Shown piece after piece: positions 12,225-27,400 of a DNA stretch of 64,000 bases. Location of the stretch: assembly GCF_009914755.1 (NCBI RefSeq), contig NC_060940.1, one strand, 5' to 3'. The notes under the pieces are model-generated. The model was given only the letters and a program-made list of their open reading frames with translations, did not search any database and was not told the DNA's origin. Position 1 is the stretch's first letter. The number at the start of each line of letters is the position of its first letter. The stretch is from the human T2T-CHM13v2.0 reference genome, Homo sapiens. The position numbers and the translations under genes were made by a program.

Positions 12225-15200
12225 CAATTCTATTATATTGGATGATTCCATTCGATTCCATTTGATGTTGATTCAATTCGATTCTATTCGATGATGATTC
12301 CATTGGATTTCACTTGATGATTCTATTCGATTCCATTCAATGATGATTCACTTCTCGTCCATTGGATGATTCCATTTCATTCCATTCGATGATGATTCCA
12401 TTCGATTCCATTCGATGATTCCATTTGATTCCATGCGACGGTGAGCAATTCGATTCAATTCCATGATGATTCTATTTGATTCAATTAGATGATGTTTCCA
12501 TTCGAATCCATTCCATGATTATTCCATTGGAATCCATTCGGCGATGATTCCATATGAGTCAATTCAATGATGATTCCATATGGGTCCGTTCGATGATAAT
12601 TCCATTTGATTTCATTCGATGCTTCTATTCTATTCCAGTCGATGATGATTCCGTTGGAGTCCATACGATGATTCCATTTGATTTCATTTGATGATGATTC
12701 CATTCGATGATGATTACATTGGATTCCATTCTATGATTCCATTCAATTCCATTCGTTGATGATTCGATTCCATTCAATGATGATTCCATTTGAGTTCATT
12801 CGATGATTCTATTCGATTCCGTTCGATGGTGATTCAATTCTATTATATTGGATGATTCCACTCGATTCCATTTGATGATTATTCCATTGGAGTCCACTTA
12901 GTGAATCCTTTAGATTCTACTCGAAGATGATTCCATTCGAGTCCATTCGATGATACCATTCAATTCCATTCGTTGATGCTTCCATTCAAGTGCATTCGAT
13001 GATATCATTCGATTCCATTTGATGATAATTCCATTTGATTCCATGCGATGATTCTATTCGATTCCATTCAATGATAATTCCATTCAATTCAGTGATTCCT
13101 CTGGACTCCATTTGATGATGATTCCATTCAATGATTCCATTCGATTCTATTCGAAAATGATTCCATTTGAATCCATTTGATGATGATTCCATTAGATTCC
13201 ATTTGATGATTCCATTCAATTCCATTCGAAGATGATTCCATTCGATTCCGTTTGATGATTCCATTCTATTCTATTCGATGATGATTCCATTCGATTCCAT
13301 TCGATGATGATTGGATTCGATTCCATTTGATGATTTCATTTGATTCCATTCGTTAATGATTTCGATCAATTCCATTCGATGATTCCATTCGATTCCATTC
13401 GATAATGATTACATCCGTGTCCATTCGATGATTCCATTGGAGCCTGTTCGATAATTCCATTTGAGTCCAACCAATGATTCCATTCATTTCCATTCAATGA
13501 TTCCATTCGAGTCCATTTGATCATTCCGGTAGGGTCCATTCGATGTTGATTCCATTGGAGTGCATTCGATGATTCCATTCGAGTCCATTTTAGGATTTGA
13601 TTCGAGTCCTTTCGATGATTCCATTCGATTCCACTCGATGATGATTTCATTCGAGTCCATTCGACACTTCCAATCGATTCCATTTGATGATTCCATTCGA
13701 GTCCAATTGATGATTCCATTCAATTCCATTCGATGATGATTCCGTACGATTCCATTCTGTGATGATTCCATGTGATTGCATTCAATGATGATTCCTTTCG
13801 ATTGCATTCGATTATGATTCATTTCGTGTTCATTCTATGGTTCCACAGGTTTCCATTCGTGTCCATTCCATTATTCCATTCTATTCCATTTGATGATGAT
13901 TCCATTCGATTCCATTCATTGGTGATTCCACTCAATTCCATTCAATGATTCCATTCCATTTCTTTCAACAATGATTCCATTAGTTTCTAATGGATGATCC
14001 ACTTGATTCCATTTGACGACGATTCCATTCTTGTCCATTCGATGATTCCATTTGATTCCATATGATGATGATTCCATTCGATTCCATACCATGATGATTC
14101 CATTCGAGTCCATTCAACGGTGATTCCATTCAATTCCATTCGATGATTCCTTTTGATTCCATTCGATGATGATGGCATTCGATTCCTTTCAATCATTCCC
14201 TTTGATTCCATTCAAAGGTGATTTCATTCAAGTCCATTCGATAATTGCATTCGATTCCATTCTATGATGATTCCATTCGAGTCCATTTGATGATTCCATT
14301 CAATTCAAGTCAATGATGATTCCATTCGATTCCATTCGATGATTCCATTGGATTCCATTCGATGATGATTCCATTCAAATCCATTCGATAATTCAATTCA
14401 AGTCCATTCGATGATGATTCCAATCGAATCCATTCAAAGATTCCATTCAGTTCCATTCGATGATTCCCTTAGATTCCATTCGATGATTCCACTTGATTGC
14501 ATTTACGATGATTCCATTCGATTCCATGTGATGATTCCATTCAATTCTATTCAATGATGTCTCCATTTGATTCCATTCGACCATGATTGCCTTTGATTCC
14601 ATTCAATGATTCCATTCGGTTCCGTTTGATGATGATTCCGTTCGATTCCATTTGATGATTCCATTTGATTCCATTGGATGAGTCCATTCGATTACATTCG
14701 ATGATTATTCCATTCGAGTGCATTAGATGATTCCATTCGAGTCCATTCGATGATTCCATTCGATTCCATTCGATGTTGATTCTGTTCAAATCCATTCGAT
14801 GATTCCACTCGATTCCATTCGTTGACTCCATTTGATCCCATTCGATGATTTCCTTTGATTCCCTTTGATGATCATTCCATTTGATTCAATTCGGTGATTT
14901 CATTTGATTCCATTCAGTGATGTTTCCATTCGACTCCATTCGATGATGATTCCATTCGACTCCATTCGATTATGATTTCATTCAATTCCATTCGATAATG
15001 ATTCCCTTCGAGTCCATTCGATGATTCCATTCGATTCCATTCAACGATGATTTGATTCGTGTCCATTCGATGATTCCATTTGATTCCACTTGATGATGAT
15101 TCCATTCGAGTCCATTTGATGATTCTATTCAATTCCATACTCCGATGATTTCTTTTGAGCCCACTCAATGCTTCCACTCGATTCCATATGATGATGACTC

Positions 15201-18200
15201 CATTCGATGAAATTCGATGATTATTCCATTCGCTTGCTTTCGATGATTCCACTTGAGTCCGTTAGAAGATTCTATTCAATTACATTCCATGACGATTCCG
15301 TTCGAGTCCATTTGATGATTCCATTAGACTCCATTCGACGATGATTCCATTCGATGTTATTCGATGATTCCATTCGATCTCATTCGATGATGATTCTATG
15401 CAACTCCATTCTATGTTTCCATTCGAGTTCATTCTATTATTCCATTAGATTCCATTCGATGATGATTCCATTCGATTCCATTTGATGATTGCATTCTATT
15501 TCATTTGATGATGATTCCATTCGAGTCCACTCGATGATTCCATTCGAGTCCATTTAATGAATCCATTGGTTTCAATTCTATGATGATTACATTGGATTCC
15601 ATTCGTTGATGATTTCATTCGGTTCCATTCAATGATGATTCCATTCAATTCCTTTCAATGTTTCCATTCAATTCCATACGATGATGATTCCATTTGATTT
15701 GATTCGACAGTGAGCCATTCGATTCAATTGCATGATGATTCTATTTGATTCAATTGGTTGACATTTCCATTCGATTCCATTCGATGATGATTCCCTTTGA
15801 TTCCATTCAAGGATGATTCCATTCTAGCCCATTCAATCATTCCATTCGATTCTATTCAATGATGATTCCATTCATGTCGATTTGGTGATTCCATTTGACT
15901 TCATTTGATGATGATTCCTTTCAAGTTCATTAGATGATTCCATTCGATTCCATTTGATGATGATCCCATTCGAGTCCATTCAGTGATTCCATTCGTTTCC
16001 ATTCCATGATGATTCCATTCCTTTCCATTCAATGATTCCATTCAATACCGTTTGATGATGATTTCATTCGAGTACATTTGATGATTCCATTTGATTCCAT
16101 TCGATGATGATTCCATTCGAGTCCATTCGATGATTCTATTCGAATCCATTTGATGATTTCCTTTGATTGCATTTGGTGATGATTCCATTGGAGTCCATTC
16201 AATGATTCCATTCTATTCCAATCGATGATGATTCCATTAGAGTCCATTTAATGTTTCCAATTGATTCCAGTCTCTGATGATTACATTCGAGTCCATACGA
16301 TGATTCCACTCAATTCCATATGATGATGATTCCATTTGATTCCATTCGGTGATTCCATTCTATTCTATTCAATGGTGATTCCATTCGAGTACATTAGATG
16401 ATTCCATTCGATTCCATTCAATGATGATTCTATTTGTGTCCCTTAGATGATTCCACATGATTCCATTAGATGATGATACTATTTGAGCCCATCCAATGAT
16501 TCCCTTCGATTCCATTCGATGAGGATTCCATTCGATTCAATTCATTGGTGATTCTATTCAATTCAATTCTTTGATTCCATTCCATTCCATTCGACAATGA
16601 TTCCATTCGATTTCTTTCGATGATTCCACTCGATTCCACTTGACATTGATTCCATTCGATTCCATTCAATGATTCCATTTGATTCCAGTGGATGATGATT
16701 GCCATCGATTCCATTCGATCACTCCATTCTATTCCATTTGATGATGATTACATTCGATTCCATTTGATGATTCCATCTGATTCTATTCGAGGATTCCATT
16801 TGATTCCATTCGATGATGATTCCATTCGAGTCCATTCGATGATTTCATTCGAGTACATCCAATGATTCCATTCGAGTCCATTAGATGATTCCATTTGATT
16901 CCATTTGAAAATGATTCTACTAGAGTCCATTCAATGACTCCATTCGAGTCCATTCAACAATTCCATTCGACTCCATTCGATGATTCCATTCGATTCCATT
17001 TGATGGTTCCATTCGAGTCCATTTAATCATTACAGTAGAGTCCATTTGGTGATTCCACTGGATTTCTTTTGATAATGATACCATTCAATTACATTTGATG
17101 ATGATCCCATTCAATTTCATTTGATGATGATTCCATTAGAGTCCATTCGATGATTTCATTCGAGTCCCTTCATTGATTCCATCCGATTTCATTGGATGAT
17201 GACTCCATTCGAGTCCATTCGATGATTCCACTCGATTCCATTAGATGATTCCATTGGAGTCCATTTGATTGTTCCATCCGATTCCATTCGATTCCTTTCG
17301 AAGATTATTCCATTTGAGTCCATTCGATGATGATTCCATTCCATTCCATTCGATGATTCCGTTTGATTCCATTCGATGATTCCCTTCGATTCCTTTCTTT
17401 GATGATTCCATTCCATTCCATTCAATGATTCCATTCGAATCTATTCCATGATGATTCCTTTCGATTCCATTCGCTGATGTTTCCGTTCAATTCCATTCGA
17501 TGATGATTCCGTTCGATTCCATTCATTGAGGATTCCATTTGATTCCATTCAATGATGATTCCATTCTATTCCATTCAATGATTGCATTCAATTCCATTCA
17601 ATGATTATCCCGTTAGAGTAAACTCAATGATTCCATTCAATACCATTCGATGATGATTCCTTTTGAGTCCATTCAATGATTTCATTCAAGTCCATTTGAT
17701 GATTCCTTTCAATTCCATTCTATGATGATTCCATTCGAGTCCATTCGATGATTCCATTCGATTGCATTCGATGATTCCATTATATTCCATTCAACGGTGA
17801 TTCCATTCGAGTCCATTCGATGATTCCATTAGAGTACATTTAATGATTGCTTTGTTTTCAATTCGAAGATGATTACATTGGATTCCATTCTATGATACCA
17901 TTCGATTCCATTCAATGATGATTCCACTCAAATCCATTGGATGATTCCATTCGTGTCCATTCGGTGATTTCATTAGATTCCATTCGAGGATGATTCCATT
18001 CGATTCCATTCGATGATTCCATTCAATTCCATTCGATGATGATTCCATTCCAGTCCATATGATCATTCCATTTGATTTCATTTGATGATGATTCCATTCG
18101 ATTCCATTCGACGATTCCATTCTATTCCATTCGATGATGATTCCATTCGAGTCCATTCGATCATTCCATTCGAGTCCATTTAATGATTCCATTGGGTTCA

Positions 18201-18333
18201 ATTCAATGATGATTACATTGGATTCCGTTCTATGATTCCATTCAATTCCGTTCATTGACAATTTGATTCCATTCGATGATGATTCCATTTGAGTTCATTC
18301 GATGATTCTATTCGATTCTCTTCGATGGTGATT
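12225..18333 (+). repeat. Higher-order unit U3 (6109 bp; 3-bp GAT deletion near 15241-15248)
   Basis: Anchor at 12225 and 18334. CGCTTGCTTTCGATGATTCCACTTG here versus CGCTTGCTTTCGATGATGATTCCACTTG in most units. Confidence 0.95.
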
Positions 18334-21300
18334 CAATTCTATTATATTGGATGATTCCATTCGATTCCATTTGATGTTGATTCAATTCGATTCTATTCGA
18401 TGATGATTCCATTGGATTTCACTTGATGATTCTATTCGATTCCATTCAATGATGATTCACTTCTCGTCCATTGGATGATTCCATTTCATTCCATTCGATG
18501 ATGATTCCATTCGATTCCATTCGATGATTCCATTTGATTCCATGCGACGGTGAGCAATTTGATTCAATTCCATGATGATTCTATTTGATTCAATTAGATG
18601 ATGTTTCCATTCGAATCCATTCCATGATTATTCCATTGGAATCCATTCGGCGATGATTCCATATGAGTCAATTCAATGATGATTCCATATGGGTCCGTTC
18701 GATGATAATTCCATTTGATTTCATTCGATGCTTCTATTCTATTCCAGTCGATGATGATTCCGTTGGAGTCCATACGATGATTCCATTTGATTTCATTTGA
18801 TGATGATTCCATTCGATGATGATTACATTGGATTCCATTCTATGATTCCATTCAATTCCATTCGTTGATGATTCGATTCCATTCAATGATGATTCCATTT
18901 GAGTTCATTCGATGATTCTATTCGATTCCGTTCGATGGTGATTCAATTCTATTATATTGGATGATTCCACTCGATTCCATTTGATGATTATTCCATTGGA
19001 GTCCACTTAGTGAATCCTTTAGATTCTACTCGACGATGATTCCATTCGAGTCCATTCGATGATACCATTCAATTCCATTCGTTGATGCTTCCATTCAAGT
19101 GCATTCGATGATATCATTCGATTCCATTTGATGATAATTCCATTTGATTCCATGCGATGATTCTATTCGATTCCATTCAATGATAATTCCATTCAATTCA
19201 GTGATTCCTCTGGACTCCATTTGATGATGATTCCATTCAATGATTCCATTCGATTCTATTCGAAAATGATTCCATTTGAATCCATTTGATGATGATTCCA
19301 TTAGATTCCATTTGATGATTCCATTCGATTCCATTCGACGATGATTCCATTCGATTCCGTTTGATGATTCCATTCTATTCTATTCGATGATGATTCCATT
19401 CGATTCCATTCGATGATGATTGGATTCGATTCCATTTGATGATTTCATTTGATTCCATTCGTTAATGATTTCGATCAATTCCATTCGATGATTCCATTCG
19501 ATTCCATTCGATAATGATTACATCCGAGTCCATTCGATGATTCCATTTGAGCCTGTTCGATAATTCCATTTGAGTCCAACCAATGATTCCATTCATTTCC
19601 ATTCAATGATTCCATTCGAGTCCATTTGATCATTCCGGTAGGGTCCATTCGATGTTGATTCCATTGGAGTGCATTCGATGATTCCATTCGAGTCCATTTT
19701 AGGATTTGATTCGAGTCCTTTCGATGATTCCATTCGATTCCACTCGATGATGATTTCATTCGAGTCCATTCGACACTTCCAATCGATTCCATTTGATGAT
19801 TCCATTCGAGTCCAATTGATGATTCCATTCAATTCCATTCGATGATGATTCCGTACGATTCCATTCTGTGATGATTCCATGTGACTGCATTCAATGATGA
19901 TTCTTTCGATTGCATTCGATTATGATTCATTTCGTGTTCATTCTATGGTTCCACAGGTTTCCATTCGTGTCCATTCCATTATTCCATTCTATTCCATTTG
20001 ATGATGATTCCATTCGATTCCATTCATTGGTGATTCCACTCAATTCCATTCAATGATTCCATTCCATTTCTTTCAACAATGATTCCATTAGTTTCTAATC
20101 GATGATCCACTTGATTCCATTTGACGACGATTCCATTCTTGTCCATTCGATGATTCCATTTGATTCCATATGATGATGATTCCATTCGATTCCATACCAT
20201 GATGATTCCATTCGAGTCCATTCAATGGTGATTCCATTCAATTCCATTCGATGATTCCTTTTGATTCCATTCGATGATGATGGCATTCGATTCTTTTCAA
20301 TCATTCCCTTTGATTCCATTCAAAGGTGATTTCATTCAAGTCCATTCGATAATTGCATTCGATTCCATTCTATGATGATTCCATTCGAGTCCATTTGATG
20401 ATTCCATTCAATTCAAGTCAATGATGATTCCATTCGATTCCATTCGATGATTCCATTGGATTCCATTCGATGATGATTCCATTCAAATCCATTCGATAAT
20501 TCAATTCAAGTCCATTCGATGATGATTCCAATCGAATCCATTCAAAGATTCCATTCAGTTCCATTCGATGATTCCCTTAGATTCCATTCGATGATTCCAC
20601 TTGATTGCATTTACGATGATTCCATTCGATTCCATGTGATGATTCCATTCAATTCTATTCAATGATGTCTCCATTTGATTCCATTCGACCATGATTGCCT
20701 TTGATTCCATTCAATGATTCCATTCGGTTCCGTTTGATGATGATTCCGTTCGATTCCATTTGATGATTCCATTTGATTCCATTGGATGAGTCCATTCGAT
20801 TACATTCGATGATTATTCCATTCGAGTGCATTAGATGATTCCATTCGAGTCCATTCGATGATTCCATTCGATTCCATTCGATGTTGATTCTGTTCAAATC
20901 CATTCGATGATTCCACTCGATTCCATTCGTTGACTCCATTTGATCCCATTCGATGATTTCCTTTGATTCCCTTTGATGATCATTCCATTTGATTCAATTC
21001 GGTGATTTCATTTGATTCCATTCAGTGATGTTTCCATTCGACTCCATTCGATGATGATTCCATTCGACTCCATTCGATTATGATTTCATTCAATTCCATT
21101 CGATAATGATTCCCTTCGAGTCCATTCGATGATTCCATTCGATTCCATTCAACGATGATTTGATTCGTGTCCATTCGATGATTCCATTTGATTCCACTTG
21201 ATGATGATTCCATTCGAGTCCATTTGATGATTCCATTCAATTAAATACTCCGATGATTTCTTTTGAGCCCACTCAATGCTTCCACTCGATTCCATATGAT

Positions 21301-24300
21301 GATGACTCCATTCGATGAAATTCGATGATGATTCCACTCGCTTGCTTTCGATGATGATTCCACTTGAGTCCGTTAGAAGATTCTATTCAATTACATTCCA
21401 TGACGATTCCGTTCGAGTCCATTTGATGATTCCATTAGACTCCATTCGACGATGATTCCATTCGATGTTATTCGATGATTCCATTCGATCTCATTCGATG
21501 ATGATTCCATTCAACTCCATTCGATGTTTCCATTCGAGTTCATTCTATTATTCCATTAGATTCCATTCGATGATGATTCCATTCGATTCCATTTGATGAT
21601 TGCATTCTATTTCATTTGATGATGATTCCATTCGAGTCCACTCGATGATTCCATTCGAGTCCATTTAATGAATCCATTGGTTTCAATTCTATGATGATTA
21701 CTTTGGATTCCATTCGTTGATGATTTCATTCGGTTCCATTCAATGATGATTCCATTCAATTCCTTTCAATGTTTCCATTCAATTCCATACGATGATGATT
21801 CCATTTGATTTGATTCGACAGTGAGCCATTCGATTCAATTCCATGATGATTCTATTTGATTCAATTGGTTGACATTTCCATTCGATTCCATTCGATGATG
21901 ATTCCCTTTGATTCCGTTCAAAGATGATTCCATTCTAGCCCATTCAATCATTCCATTCGATTCTATTCAATGATGATTCCATTCATGTCGATTTGGTGAT
22001 TCCATTTGACTTCATTTGATGATGATTCCTTTCAAGTTCATTAGATGATTCCATTCGATTCCATTTGATGATGATCCCATTCGAGTCCATTCAGTGATTC
22101 CATTCGTTTCCATTCCATGATGATTCCATTCCTTTCCATTCAATGATTCCATTCGATTCCGTTTGATGATGATTTCATTCGAGTCCATTTGATGATTCCA
22201 TTTGATTCCATTCGATGATGATTCCATTCGAGTCCATTCGATGATTCTATTCGAATCCATTTGATGATTTCTTTTGATTATATTTGGTGATGATTCCATT
22301 GGAGTCCATTCAATGATTCCATTCTATTCCCATCGATGATGATTCCATTAGAGTCCATTTAATGATTCCATTTGATTCCAGTCTCTGATGATTACATTCG
22401 AGTCCATACGATGATTCCACTCAATTCCATATGATGATGATTCCATTTGATTCCATTCGGTGATCCCATTCTATTCTATTCAACGGTGATTCCATTCGAG
22501 TACATTAGATGATTCCATTCGATTCCATTCAATGATGATTCTATTTGTGTCCCTTAGATGACTCCACATGATTCCATTAGATGATGATACTATTTGAGCC
22601 CATCCAATGATTCCCTTCGATTCCATTCGATGAGGATTCCATTCGATTCAATTCATTGGTGATTCTATTCAATTCAATTCTTTGATTCCATTCCATTCCA
22701 TTCGACAATGATTCCATTCGATTTCTTTCGATGATTCCACTCGATTCCACTTGACATTGATTCCATTCGATTCCATTCAATGATTCCATTTGATTCCAGT
22801 GGATGATGATTGCCATCGATTCCATTCGATCACTCCATTCTATTCCATTTGATGATGATTACATTCGATTCCATTTGATGATTCCATCTGATTCTATTCG
22901 AGGATTCCATTTGATTCCATTCGATGATGATTCCATTCGAGTCCATTCGATGATTTCATTCGAGTACATCCAATGATTCCATTCGAGTCCATTAGATGAT
23001 TCCATTTGATTCCATTTGAAAATGATTCTACTAGAGTCCATTCAATGACTCCATTCGAGTCCATTCAACAATTCCATTCGACTCCATTCGATGATTCCAT
23101 TCGATTCCATTTGATGGTTCCATTCGAGTCCATTTAATCATTACAGTCGAGTCCATTTGGTGATTCCACTGGATTTCTTTTGATAATGATACCATTCAAT
23201 TACATTTGATGATGATCCCATTCAATTTCATTTGATGATGATTCCATTAGAGTCCATTCGATGATTTCATTCGAGTCCCTTCATTGATTCCATCCGATTT
23301 CATTGGATGATGACTCCATTCGAGTCCATTCGATGATTCCACTCGATTCCATTAGATGATTCCATTGGAGTCCATTTGATTGTTCCATTCGATTCCTTTC
23401 GAAGATTTTTCCATTTGAGTCCATTCGATGATGATTCCATTCCATTCCATTCGATGATTCCGTTTGATTCCATTCGATGATTCCCTTCGATTCCTTTCTT
23501 TGATGATTCCATTCCATTCCATTCAATGATTCCATTCGAATCTATTCCATGATGATTCCTTTCGATTCCATTCGCTGATGTTTCCGTTCAATTCCATTCG
23601 ATGATGATTCCATTCGATTCCATTCATTGAGGATTCCATTTGATTCCATTCAATGATGATTCCATTCTATTCCATTCAATGATTGCATTCAATTCCATTC
23701 AATGATTTTCCCATTAGAGTAAACTCAACGATTCCATTCAATACCATTCGATGATGATTCCTTTTGAGTCCATTCAATGATTTCATTTAAGTCCATTTGA
23801 TGATTCCTTTCAATTCCATTCTATGATGATTCCATTCGAGTCCATTCGATGATTCCATTCGATTGCATTCGATGATTCCATTATATTCCATTCAACGGTG
23901 ATTCCATTCGAGTCCATTCCATGATTCCATTAGAGTATATTTAATGATTGCTTTGTTTTCAATTCGAAGATGATTACATTGGATTCCATTCTATGATACC
24001 ATTCGATTCCATTCAATGATGATTCCACTCAAATCCATTGGATGATTCCATTCGTGTCCATTCGGTGATTTCATTAGATTCCATTCGAGGATGATTCCAT
24101 TCGATTCCATTCGATGATTCCATTCAATTCCATTCGATGATGATTCCATTCCAGTCCATATGATCATTCCATTTGATTTCATTTGATGATGACTCCATTC
24201 GATTCCATTCGACGATTCCATTCTATTCCATTCGATGATGATTCCTTTCGATTCCATTCGATGATTCCATTCTATTCCATTCGATGATGATTCCATTCGA

Positions 24301-24483
24301 GTCCATTCGATCATTCCATTCGAGTCCATTTAATGATTCCATTGGGTTCAATTCAATGATGATTACATTGGATTCCGTTCTATGATTCCATTCAATTCCG
24401 TTCATTGACAATTTGATTCCATTCGATGATGATTCCATTTGAGTTCATTCGATGATTCTATTCGATTCTCTTCGATGGTGATT
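18334..24483 (+). repeat. Higher-order unit U4 (6150 bp = 6112 -1 -10 +49)
   Basis: Anchor at 18334 and 24484. A 1-bp deletion near 19903, a 10-bp deletion near 23384-23393 and a 49-bp duplication at 24185-24282 account exactly for the length. Confidence 0.93.
24185..24282 (+). repeat. 49-bp tandem duplication (one 26+23-bp HSat2 doublet) private to U4
   Basis: 24185-24233 GATGATGACTCCATTCGATTCCATTCGACGATTCCATTCTATTCCATTC is followed by 24234-24282 GATGATGATTCCTTTCGATTCCATTCGATGATTCCATTCTATTCCATTC. Other units carry one copy. Confidence 0.88.
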
Positions 24484-27400
24484 CAATTCTATTATATTGG
24501 ATGATTCCATTCGATTCCATTTGATGTTGATTCAATTCGATTCTATTCGATGATGATTCCATTGGATTTCAATTGATGATTCTTTTCGATTCCATTCAAT
24601 GATGATTCACTTCTCGTCCATTGGATGATTCCATTTCATTCCATTCGATGATGATTCCATTCGATTCCATTCGATGATTCCATTTGATTCCATGCGACGG
24701 TGAGCAATTCGATTCAATTCCATGATGATTCTATTTGATTCAATTAGATGATGTTTCCATTCGAATCCATTCCATGATTATTCCATTGGAATCCATTCGG
24801 CGATGATTCCATATGAGTCAATTCAATGATGATTCCATATGGGTCCGTTCGATGATAATTCCATTTGATTTCATTCGATGCTTCTATTCTATTCCAGTCG
24901 ATGATGATTCCGTTGGAGTCCATACGATGATTCCATTTGATTTCATTTGATGATGATTCCATTCGATGATGATTACATTGGATTCCATTCTATGATTCCA
25001 TTCAATTCCATTCGTTGATGATTCGATTCCATTCAATGATGATTCCATTTGAGTTCATTCGATGATTCTATTCGATTCCGTTCGATGGTGATTCAATTCT
25101 CTTATATTGGATGATTCCAGTCGATTCCATTTGATGATTATTCCATTGGAGTCCACTTAGTGAATCCTTTGGATTCTACTCGACGATGATTCCATTCGAG
25201 TCCATTCGATGATACCATTCAATTCCATTCGTTGAGGCTTCCATTCAAGTGCATTCGATGATATCATTCGATTCCATTTGATGATAATTCCATTTGATTC
25301 CATGCGATGATTCTATTCGATTCCATTCAATGATAATTCCATTCAATTCAGTGATTCCTCTGGACTCCATTTGATGATGATTCCATTCAATGATTCCATT
25401 CGATTCTATTCGAAAATGATTCCATTTGAATCCATTTGATGATGATTCCATTAGATTCCATTTGATGATTCCATTCGATTCCATTCGACGATGATTCCAT
25501 TCGATTCCGTTTGATGATTCCATTCTATTCTATTCGATGATGATTCCATTCGATTCCATTCGATGATGATTGGATTCGATTCCATTTGATGATTTCATTT
25601 GATTCCATTCGTTAATGATTTCGATCAATTCCATTCGATGATTCCTTTCGATTCCATTGGATAATGATTACATCCGAGTCCATTCGATGATTCCATTTGA
25701 GCCTGTTCGATAATTCCATTTGAGTCCAACCAATGATTCCATTCATTTCCATTCAATGATTCCATTCGAGTCCATTTGATCATTCCGGTAGGGTCCATTC
25801 GATGTTGATTCCATTGGAGTGCATTCGATGATTCCATTCGAGTCCATTTTAGGATTTGATTCGAGTCCTTTCGATGATTCCATTCGATTCCACTCGATGA
25901 TGATTTCATTTGAGTCCATTCGACACTTCCAATCGATTCCATTTGATGATTCCATTCGAGTCCAATTGATGATTCCATTCAATTCCATTCGATGATGATT
26001 CCGTACGATTCCATTCTGTGATGATTCCATATGATTGCATTCAATGACGATTCCTTTCGATTGCATTCGATTATGATTCATTTCGTGTTCATTCTATGGT
26101 TCCACAGGTTTCCATTCCTGTCCATTCCATTATTCCATTCTATTCCATTTGATGATGATTCCATTCGATTCCATTCATTGGTGATTCCACTCAATTCCAT
26201 TCAATGATTCCATTCCATTTCTTTCAACAATGATTCCATTAGTTTCTAATCGATGATCCACTTGATTCCATTTGACGACGATTCCATTCTTGTCCATTCG
26301 ATGATTCCATTTGATTCCATATGATGATGATTCCATTCGATTCCATACCATGATGATTCCATTCGAGTCCATTCAATGGTGATTCCATTCAATTCCATTC
26401 GATGATTCCTTTCGATTCCATTCGATGATGATGGCATTCGATTCCTTTCAATCATTCCCTTTGATTCCATTCAAAGGTGATTTCATTCAAGTCCATTCGA
26501 TAATTGCATTCGATTCCATTCTATGATGATTCCATTCGAGTCCATTTGATGATTCCATTCAATTCAAGTCAATGATGATTCCATTCGATTCCTTTCGATG
26601 ATTCCATTGGATTCCATTCGATGATGATTCCATTCAAATCCATTCGATAATTCAATTCAAGTCCATTTGATGATGATTCCAATCGAATCCATTCAAAGAT
26701 TCCATTCAGTTCCATTCGATGATTCCCTTAGATTCCATTCGATGATTCCACTTGATTGCATTTACGATGATTCCATTCGATTCCATGTGATGATTCCATT
26801 CAATTCTATTCAATGATGTCTCCATTTGATTCCATTCGACCATGATTGCCTTTGATTCCATTCAATGATTCCATTCGGTTCCGTTTGATGATGATTTCAT
26901 TCGATTCCATTTGATGATTCCATTTGATTCCATTGGATGAGTCCATTCGATTACATTCGATGATTATTCCATTCGAGTGCATTAGATGATTCCATTCGAG
27001 TCCATTCGATGATTCCATTCGATTCCATTCGATGTTGATTCTGTTCAAATCCATTCGATGATTCCACTCGATTCCATTCGTTGACTCCAGTTGATCCCAT
27101 TCGATGATTTCCTTTGATTCCCTTTGATGATCATTCCATTTGATTCAATTCGGTGATTTCATTTGATTCCATTCAGTGATGTTTCCATTCGACTCCATTC
27201 GATGATGATTCCATTCGACTCCATTCGATTATGATTTCATTCAATTCCATTCGATAATGATTCCCTTCGAGTCCATTCGATGATTCCATTCGATTCCATT
27301 CAACGATGATTTGATTCGTGTCCATTCGATGATTCCATTTGATTCCACTTGATGATGATTCCATTCGAGTCCATTTGATGATTCTATTCAATTCCATACT

